In this document: positions 8,662-15,369 of the stretch, in pieces
How the letters are laid out: each line of letters opens with the position of its first letter
Numbering within the stretch: position 1 is the first letter of the stretch
Translations under genes and position numbers: made by a program
Assembly (NCBI GenBank): GCA_038065575.1
Contig: JBBTQT010000136.1
Location: 1-25,021, forward strand
DNA from: Patescibacteria group bacterium
Lineage (GTDB): Bacteria > Patescibacteriota > Patescibacteriia > Magasanikbacterales > UBA922
Reading direction: 5' to 3'
DNA: 25,021 bases
The notes under the pieces: model-generated
Databases searched by the model: none
Told to the model about the DNA's origin: nothing
Seen by the model: only the letters and a program-made list of their open reading frames with translations

Positions 8662-8955
8662 TTAACTTCTTTCCGACAGCGCCGCCGGTTCGGTTTTCGC
8701 GGACGCCGATTGGCGCGCCTCAATTCCACCATCCCGAACGACGGCATCGTCCACAATTATTTTTCGATCGGTAAATTCAACGATTTGATCGCGGCTGACG
8801 AGATATTCCTTCCGGCTGACGAAAGACGGCTTCACCCAATATTGAACCACCGCCTGTCCGTCAATTTCAATTTCCAGATTGTAAACATGCCCAAGCGTTT
8901 TGCCGGAAACGGTCTCCACTTCCAGATATTTTAGAGTCTTTAAGTCCAACCTCAT
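8662..8955 (-). CDS. PRC-barrel domain protein
   Basis: LEVETVSGKTLGHVYNLEIEID...IIVDD pattern. Confidence 0.75.
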   Translation of the reverse strand: MRLDLKTLKYLEVETVSGKTLGHVYNLEIEIDGQAVVQYWVKPSFVSRKEYLVSRDQIVEFTDRKIIVDDAVVRDGGIEARQSASAKTEPAALSERS

Positions 8956-8985
8956 AGCCGAATATTCACCAGATTATAATCCCGA

Positions 8986-9723
8986 TTATTTTTGAACGGT
9001 AAGCGCGCCGACATCGGTTCCGGTTTTTCGAAATAATATCATCTGTTGCGCGACGGTAAGCAGAGTGGACAAGAACCAATACAGCGTCAAGCCGGCGGGC
9101 ATTTTCATGCCGATGAACGCCGTCATAAGCGGCAGGAAATACAGCATCTGCTTGTTCATCATCGCGGTCATATTTTCATCCTTGGCCCCTTCTCCGGCCA
9201 CCTTCGGCGCTTTCTTTCTGATGAACATTTTTGATTGGAAGTATTGCGCCGCGCCGGCCAATAACGCCAGAACGATGCTGTTATTTTTCAGATCAAACAA
9301 TCCGAAAGTCACGGTATTCAGCTGTCCGGGATTGGTGACGAACGGATAAAGTTTGTCAAAATTATTTGACGCCAGGCCGGCCTGCAAAACCATATAAAGA
9401 GCGATGAATATCGGCAGTTGCACCAAAATCGGCAGGCAGGATCCGAGCGGATTGACTTTGTGTTCCTTGTACATTTTCATCGTCTCCTGCGCCAACAATT
9501 GTTTGTCATCCTTGAATTTGGCTTTCAATTCATCCAGTCGTGGCTGCATTTCCGATAAGGATTTCTGCGCCTTGATGGAAGATGCCGTCAACGGATAAAG
9601 CAATAATTTGATAACGACGGTAATGACAAGAATCACTACTCCCACATCCGGGATGAAATTATAAAGCAGAACAAATGAATTGAAGATTGGCTGATAAACA
9701 ACTGTTTGAAACAAAGCGATCAT
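8986..9723 (-). CDS. yidC: Membrane protein insertase YidC/Oxa1 (short form)
   Basis: KLLLYPL, QETMKMYKEHKVNPLGSCLPILVQLPIFIALY, PAGLTLYW. Start set at MIALFQ. Confidence 0.95.
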   Translation of the reverse strand: MIALFQTVVYQPIFNSFVLLYNFIPDVGVVILVITVVIKLLLYPLTASSIKAQKSLSEMQPRLDELKAKFKDDKQLLAQETMKMYKEHKVNPLGSCLPILVQLPIFIALYMVLQAGLASNNFDKLYPFVTNPGQLNTVTFGLFDLKNNSIVLALLAGAAQYFQSKMFIRKKAPKVAGEGAKDENMTAMMNKQMLYFLPLMTAFIGMKMPAGLTLYWFLSTLLTVAQQMILFRKTGTDVGALTVQK

Positions 9724-9727
9724 AGTC

Positions 9728-9888
9728 AATTACGAATTAAAAATTACTCGGCTTCGCTTCGCTACGCCGAGCAGGCGAATTACCGCGTCATTCTGATCGG
9801 AGCGAAGAATCCCTTTAGGGGAATTACGAATTAACGATTACGAATGCGAAAGCATGAACCCGCCGGACACAATTCGTAATTCGTAATT
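9728..9888. repeat. Heptamer-armed element whose left arm is interrupted by two palindromic inserts
   Basis: AATTACGAATTAAAAATTAC [29-nt insert 9748-9776] GAATTAC [37-nt insert 9784-9820, containing CGTCATTCTGATCGGAGCGAAGAATC] GAATTACGAATT ... GGACAC-AATTCGTAATTCGTAATT. Confidence 0.85.
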
Positions 9889-9942
9889 GCCACCATTATA
9901 CCACGAATAAAACCAATCCCGCCATTATTCTACCGCCGGTTT

Positions 9943-11172
9943 CTATTCGGCTGTTTCTTCAATTTTTTCAGGTTCTTGCGTCGCGCTTTCCTCGACAACT
10001 GCCGGTTCTTCATCGCTGCTGACGATTTTTTCGCCCCCCTGCTCCACCACTTTTATTTTCCAGCCGGTAAGTTCGGCCGCCAAACGCACATTTTGGCCTT
10101 CGCGTCCGATCGCCAAAGAAAATTGATCCGGCACCACGTATACCACCGCTTCTTTGGTATCACCATTCAATTCCACTCCAGCCACTTTGGCCGGCGACAA
10201 AGCGTGCTTGATGTATTGTTCGGCATTGTCATTATACTGGATTACATCGATTTTCTCTCCGCCTAATTCCTCAATGATGGTGGTGATGCGACTGCCTCTC
10301 TGGCCGATACAGGAACCGATCGGATCAATATTTTCATCCGCGGTGAATACCGCCACCTTGGAACGGTTGCCGGCATCGCGGGCGATTCCTTTTATTTCCA
10401 CTTCCCCGCTGGCAATTTCCGGAATTTCCTGTTCAAAAATCACCTGCACCATCCGCTTATCGGCGCGAGAAAGAATTATCTCCGGCCCGCGTTGTCCCAT
10501 GGCGACCGATGCCACATAAAATTTCATTCTGGTTCCGAGCTTATAATGATCTCTTCTCGTTTGTTCGCCGGCCGGCACGAGGCCGGTTACTTTGCCAAGA
10601 TCCACAATCAACGCGCCACCCCGATCAAATCTCTGCACAAAACCGAAAACAATACTGCCCTGCTGTTTCTTGAAATCTTCCAGAACCGTGTTTCTTTCCG
10701 CTTCGCGCAATTTTTGAATGATGACTTGTTTGGCGGTTTGCGCCGCCATTCGGCCGAAATCTCCGCCCACTTCCAAATCAATAATCAAAGTTTCGCCCAC
10801 CTTCACTTTCGGCTTAATCGCTTTCGCTTCGGTAATCATTATCTCCGTCTTCGGATTAAAATGCGCCAAATCGGCAATTTCTTCCTCGGCCAGCTCTCTT
10901 TGTTCCTTATGCGCCTGCTCTCTCCGTTCGGCCAATTCCACCTGGGCTTTTTCCAATTCCTCGGCGTCAATATCTTCCACCACGATTTTTTCATCCCAAA
11001 CCTTCATGTCGCCGGTGTCCGGATCAAATTTCACCTTGATATTTTGCTGGCGATTGCCAAAATCCTTGCGGTAAGCCGCGGCCATGGCCGATTCCAAGGC
11101 TTCCATCACCATTTCGTAAGATAAATTTTTTTCATCGCAGAGAATCTGGATGGCTTTCGTTATTTCCGACAT
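9943..11172 (-). CDS. nusA: Transcription factor NusA
   Basis: FGRMAAQTAKQVIIQKLREAER, S1 and KH domains, GSCIGQRGSRI, LAIGREGQNVRLAAELTGWKI. Confidence 0.98.
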   Translation of the reverse strand: MSEITKAIQILCDEKNLSYEMVMEALESAMAAAYRKDFGNRQQNIKVKFDPDTGDMKVWDEKIVVEDIDAEELEKAQVELAERREQAHKEQRELAEEEIADLAHFNPKTEIMITEAKAIKPKVKVGETLIIDLEVGGDFGRMAAQTAKQVIIQKLREAERNTVLEDFKKQQGSIVFGFVQRFDRGGALIVDLGKVTGLVPAGEQTRRDHYKLGTRMKFYVASVAMGQRGPEIILSRADKRMVQVIFEQEIPEIASGEVEIKGIARDAGNRSKVAVFTADENIDPIGSCIGQRGSRITTIIEELGGEKIDVIQYNDNAEQYIKHALSPAKVAGVELNGDTKEAVVYVVPDQFSLAIGREGQNVRLAAELTGWKIKVVEQGGEKIVSSDEEPAVVEESATQEPEKIEETAE

Positions 11173-11213
11173 AGACTGTCAAATTAATAAAAAATAAATT
11201 AAATTCTTGAATA

Positions 11214-11245
11214 AATAAGGCAGCTCTTTATGAAGCTACCTTATT
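11214..11245 (-). promoter_or_regulatory. nusA 5'-leader hairpin (possible weak terminator or attenuator)
   Basis: Minus strand AATAAGGTAGCT...AGCTGCCTTATT with G-U pairs, followed by an interrupted U-tract. It begins at the predicted transcription start. Confidence 0.55.
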
Positions 11246-11251
11246 GGTAAT

Positions 11252-11280
11252 ATAATACCACCGGCGCGACCGATTGTCAA
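11252..11280 (-). promoter_or_regulatory. Sigma70 promoter of nusA
   Basis: TTGACA (11280-11275) - N17 - TATTAT (11257-11252) with a TGn extension. Confidence 0.8.
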
Positions 11281-11330
11281 GTTGTGCAAAAATCGTGAGA
11301 ATATACCCGCCCCGACACGATCGTTCCGGC

Positions 11331-11657
11331 CTATTCGGTGAGCGCCGACAAGTAGTCCAAACAGCCATTCATGGTTTTGAAGGGTGTGCCGAGAAGCAGG
11401 CCTTCGCATTGACTGGCGCTTTTGGCCGCCCCGCAATAGTTGACAAGACTGTTACCAAGTCCGGAATCATATAACTGCGAGCCGTAAGCGCACCACACCG
11501 GCGAATTTTCTTCCCGGCTTTTGTCTCGTGACGCTAATGTAAAAGCGAAGACCGCGGAAGCACCACCCAAAAGAACCGCGGCCATTGCCAATTTAACCAA
11601 GGAGAAAGTTCTGGCTTTTACTTTGGAGTGGCGTCCGATTTTCTTGGGCGCGGGCAT
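11331..11657 (-). CDS. Hypothetical exported or membrane-anchored Cys-containing protein (108 aa)
   Basis: Basic N-terminus, hydrophobic KLAMAAVLLGGA segment and four Cys. Start set at MPAPKK, 4 nt after the upstream stop. Confidence 0.7.
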   Translation of the reverse strand: MPAPKKIGRHSKVKARTFSLVKLAMAAVLLGGASAVFAFTLASRDKSREENSPVWCAYGSQLYDSGLGNSLVNYCGAAKSASQCEGLLLGTPFKTMNGCLDYLSALTE

Positions 11658-11661
11658 AGGA

Positions 11662-12795
11662 TTATATTGCCGGGGTGGAGGTGGCAGGGGTTGTCGATGC
11701 GAGATAGAACTTAAAAAGTGTCGCGTCATCTAAACCTAGAGTAGAATACACATTTTTCCCATCTTTATTCCTGACAAGCGCGTAGACATTAGGGGATGCT
11801 TCGGACGCCACAAATATATAGCTACTGGATTTACCCCATTTGGCTTTACCCACATTTGATTTAAAAGCTACATTTTCTGGAAATGCCCCAAAATTGCCAC
11901 CATACACCACTAAAAATCCATACTCCACATTGCCGTCATCATTCAATACTTTGTCTACGCTAATTTTAACTTTCTTATGTTTCAAAGTATCATAGTTAAC
12001 CTTAACTACATTACCCGGGTACGGCAGATTCCCCTTTGCCATTGAATTATTATACACCATCGGATTGTTATTATTGACAACGCTGATTGTCGTCTGATCG
12101 ATAATCGGCTGTTTGGCAGTGGAGGTTGGAGTAATCGGAGTGGTAGATGTGGTGCTACTGGTAAAAGAAATTGCATTATAAAGCCACATATAAGTCCCAT
12201 CGTCAATTCCTAAGCCGGGAAATGTGAACAAATTGTCAGCGTTCTTAGCCAATACATACACATAGAATTTCGATTCTGTATTGACAAACATGTATTGTTT
12301 TGATTTTGTCCAGACCACTTTATCAATCACTTGACTCTTAAACGCCAAATTGTTATCAACAATGCTTGAATAGGTGTCATAAGACACATAGTAACCGTAA
12401 ACCGTATTGGCATCTGCATTATCAACCGCCTTAACAGTTACTACTACTTTATTATTGACGCTTTCGGACGAATATTGTCCCAAATAACCAAGATAATATG
12501 TCAAATTTCCTTGAGCAGCTGACATTTTTTGGGAAAATATTTGTTTAGCATTACCAGGTGCTTTTACTTCCAATGACACTTCCTTGATTACCGGCTGTAG
12601 GGCCTTATTGTACCCATACCCATATCCGCCCTTACCGGAACCGTCACTCCCCGCCCCACCCATTCCGGCCACGGCCGCCGCCGCGAGTGCCGCCGCTCCC
12701 AAAAATGCCACGGCGATCGCCATCTTGGCGGAAGTGACGACACCGGTCTTGACCTGAACGCCGACGGCTGGCGCGCTTGCTTCCAGTACTGACAT
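11662..12795 (-). CDS. Hypothetical surface protein with two tandem ~145-aa repeats
   Basis: Signal or anchor KMAIAVAFLGAA, Gly linker, GYGYGY, two homologous domains and Thr/Ser/Pro linkers. Confidence 0.8.
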   Translation of the reverse strand: MSVLEASAPAVGVQVKTGVVTSAKMAIAVAFLGAAALAAAAVAGMGGAGSDGSGKGGYGYGYNKALQPVIKEVSLEVKAPGNAKQIFSQKMSAAQGNLTYYLGYLGQYSSESVNNKVVVTVKAVDNADANTVYGYYVSYDTYSSIVDNNLAFKSQVIDKVVWTKSKQYMFVNTESKFYVYVLAKNADNLFTFPGLGIDDGTYMWLYNAISFTSSTTSTTPITPTSTAKQPIIDQTTISVVNNNNPMVYNNSMAKGNLPYPGNVVKVNYDTLKHKKVKISVDKVLNDDGNVEYGFLVVYGGNFGAFPENVAFKSNVGKAKWGKSSSYIFVASEASPNVYALVRNKDGKNVYSTLGLDDATLFKFYLASTTPATSTPAI

Positions 12796-12848
12796 AGAAT
12801 CAGAGTTAATGATAAATTGTTAAATAATCTCCAAAGATTTACTTATTT

Positions 12849-13853
12849 TTAACAAGCCACGCCGAGATACAGCGGATCATCTTTGAGTGGCGCGTTCAAT
12901 TCATCCAAACATTTTTTGGCCGCGTCCAATGTCGTCACTACGCCCAATTCCGCCAGCGAACATTTGCCGAGAGGATAAGACAGCAAAGCCCCGGCATCAA
13001 TCTCTAATGGCACAATCTGATTCCGCACGCTGAATAGCGGTATTCCTTTGTATACTCCCACGCAAGCGTATTTGAAGAGAATATCTTCAATCGCCTTTTT
13101 TGATAATTCCGGAAATCCTTTCAACCGTTCACCGCAAGCGTCCGGACTAGTGGCGCCGGTATCGCAAAATTTGGCGGTGTCCGTCGTTTCCGTCTGATTT
13201 TGCGTTTCAGCGGTGTCAGCTTGTTCGGTCTCGGCCGGTGGAACCGGAATATTCTCGGCCAAAGCGGACTTGACAACCGGCACGACCAAGTTTTTTTCGT
13301 TGTTGGTTTCATCAAATTCCGGAATATTTCCATCCGATTTATTTTCAACAAAATCAACATAGCCGAATATTCTTAATGACGAACCGTCAAAAACGGTTTC
13401 AACATCCCGATTAAGAACAATCTTCAGCATCGCGGTTTCGCCCGGCGCCAAATTGAATTTATTGTCCTCGCCGGCGGTTTCGCTTGATTTATCCGCCATT
13501 CCGATGGAAAGACCGGCATCATGGAATACGCCGGCCGGTTCAGTGGTAACGGCAATTTGAAACGGCTGACCGACCGTGGCCTTGCCGATATTCTGATATA
13601 CCACGCTAAGCTCCAGATCACTCGCGCCGTCATAATCGCCACTTACATTCAAAAACAAATCATTGACCACCAAATCCGGTTCTTTGAAATTCACCACAAC
13701 CGGCGGCGGAAGCGGGTCCCTTGATCTTGAACTCGGCAAACTCGGCCGAACCATACTGGCGGCGGCGAGCAAATTGGCTCCGCTGAGGAAAGCCAAAGCC
13801 ACGGCGATTTTCAGGCTGGAAATCGTACTTGTTTTCGCGACAATATCGTTCAT
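12849..13853 (-). CDS. Exported protein with a CARDB-like Ig domain and a Cys-rich C-terminus
   Basis: PDLVV...YQNIG...LAPGET...VD...IPEFDETNN resembles CARDB. N-terminal anchor KIAVALAFLSGA. Confidence 0.75.
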   Translation of the reverse strand: MNDIVAKTSTISSLKIAVALAFLSGANLLAAASMVRPSLPSSRSRDPLPPPVVVNFKEPDLVVNDLFLNVSGDYDGASDLELSVVYQNIGKATVGQPFQIAVTTEPAGVFHDAGLSIGMADKSSETAGEDNKFNLAPGETAMLKIVLNRDVETVFDGSSLRIFGYVDFVENKSDGNIPEFDETNNEKNLVVPVVKSALAENIPVPPAETEQADTAETQNQTETTDTAKFCDTGATSPDACGERLKGFPELSKKAIEDILFKYACVGVYKGIPLFSVRNQIVPLEIDAGALLSYPLGKCSLAELGVVTTLDAAKKCLDELNAPLKDDPLYLGVAC

Positions 13854-13877
13854 ATTAAAAAAATTAAAAAAAACAAA

Positions 13878-15071
13878 TTAGTGAATTTCCTCTTTGTCCA
13901 TCCCCACCCATTCCGCGACCACTTCCTTGATGTGATCCGCGTCCACTAACGGCCAATCGTTTTCCTCATCGCCATTTTTTTCTTCCACTTGAATTTGTTT
14001 CACTACTCGCACCGCCATTCCTCTTAATTTATGCAATTCATTGAAATCCTTGGTGTTTTCCTCCAATTTTAATAATCCGGCCAATTCTTTTTTCAATTTA
14101 TTTATTTTTTCCGAATTTACCGACCGGTTTTCCGCGTCAGCCAATTTTCGCGCCGCGCCGTGCAGAAGAGCCGCCGCGTGATCCGGAACGGCACCGGCCT
14201 CCACATTGACCATCGCCGCCGCTTCGTCAATCAAATCAATCGCCTTGTCCGGCAAACGCCGACCGGTGATGTACTCCTGCGAAAGAGTGACTGCCGCCCG
14301 AATCGCCTCGTCGGAAAATTTCACCTTGTGGTAGGTTTCATAATTCTTTTTAATGCCCTGAAGAATATTAATGGACTCTTCCACACTCGGTTCATCAACG
14401 AGAACGCGTTGAAAACGCCGATCCCAACTTTCTTCCGGTTGAATGTACTGCTCATATTCCTTTTGCGTGGTGGCGCCGATAAGCTGCATATCGCCGCGCG
14501 CGAGCGCCGGTTTCAAAATATCCGACAAATTCACCGACCCTTCCGCGCCTCGCGTCTGCATGACAGTATGGATTTCATCAATAAAAAGTATAATACTGCG
14601 ATTTGACAACCGGATTTCCTCCACCAGATGCTTGATTCTCTGCTCAAATTCACCGCGGTATTTGGTGCCGGCCAGTAATTCGGCCACTTGCAAGGATAGC
14701 ACTCTTTTCTTCGCGAGAATCGCCGGAACATCATTCGTAACGATCTTCAAAGCCAACCCCTCCACGATGGCGGTCTTCCCCACACCGGGCGGTCCGACCA
14801 AAATTGCGTTATTTTTGGCACGACGCGCCAAAATTTGCGTAACGCGCGTTATTTCTTTTTCCCGGCCGACAACCGGATCAATCGTTCCCTCGGCCGCGAG
14901 ACGGGTGACATCAATGGCGTATGAATCCAAGGTCTTCGTGCCGGTACCACCGCGCGAAAACGAAAAACCGCCCCCTTCCTTTCCTTTGGAAAAAAGATAA
15001 ATCGTCACGCCGGCCACCAGGAGAAATACCCCCGCCCAACGAAAGATATCGGGGAGAATCGTTGCGGTCAT
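13878..15071 (-). CDS. Membrane-anchored Clp/Hsp100-like ATPase containing only the first AAA+ module
   Basis: N-terminal TM helix (WAGVFLLVAGVTIYLF), DPVVGREKEI, Walker A GPPGVGKT, pore loop KYRGEFE, Walker B LFIDE, RRLPDKAIDLIDEAAA. Ends at EVVAEWVG, with no second NBD. Confidence 0.9.
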   Translation of the reverse strand: MTATILPDIFRWAGVFLLVAGVTIYLFSKGKEGGGFSFSRGGTGTKTLDSYAIDVTRLAAEGTIDPVVGREKEITRVTQILARRAKNNAILVGPPGVGKTAIVEGLALKIVTNDVPAILAKKRVLSLQVAELLAGTKYRGEFEQRIKHLVEEIRLSNRSIILFIDEIHTVMQTRGAEGSVNLSDILKPALARGDMQLIGATTQKEYEQYIQPEESWDRRFQRVLVDEPSVEESINILQGIKKNYETYHKVKFSDEAIRAAVTLSQEYITGRRLPDKAIDLIDEAAAMVNVEAGAVPDHAAALLHGAARKLADAENRSVNSEKINKLKKELAGLLKLEENTKDFNELHKLRGMAVRVVKQIQVEEKNGDEENDWPLVDADHIKEVVAEWVGMDKEEIH

Positions 15072-15099
15072 ACCAACAAAAAATTAGAATAGCGCCATA

Positions 15100-15172
15100 C
15101 ATGGAGCATGGAGCAATTACAGACATACTTTTCCATGTTCCATGTTATGTGCTCCATATTCCATATTCTATG
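15100..15172. repeat. Inverted heptamer arrays, second family (CATGGAG / TTCCATG)
   Basis: CATGGAG CATGGAG CA, a spacer, then TTCCATG TTCCATG TTATGTG CTCCATA TTCCATA TTCTATG. Confidence 0.8.
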
Positions 15173-15186
15173 CCATTAGTATACCA

Positions 15187-15369
15187 CTAAAAAAAACTTA
15201 TCAACATATTAAAAAGCCCAAATGACAGAATCAATGTGCATAACCCCAAACCGACTGCTACCAGCGTCATTTCCGCCGGTGAATTTTTAGGCAATTTTTT
15301 CCGCCCGACAAAAAACACCAAACCGCCAAACAATCCGACCAAAACCGGGCTTACAATTGATAAATCCAT
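15187..15369 (-). CDS. Small two-TM hypothetical protein (60 aa)
   Basis: Two hydrophobic stretches separated by GRKKLPKNSP. Overlaps the upstream gene by 19 nt. Confidence 0.55.
   Translation of the reverse strand: MDLSIVSPVLVGLFGGLVFFVGRKKLPKNSPAEMTLVAVGLGLCTLILSFGLFNMLISFF

Noticed and set aside
13854-13900. Clp gene as a frameshifted pseudogene
   Set aside because: No NBD2 sequence follows the stop; an unrelated gene starts 24 nt later.
14921-15190. 89-aa plus-strand ORF
   Set aside because: It is antisense to clp and then translates heptamer repeats (MEHGA, FHVPCY).
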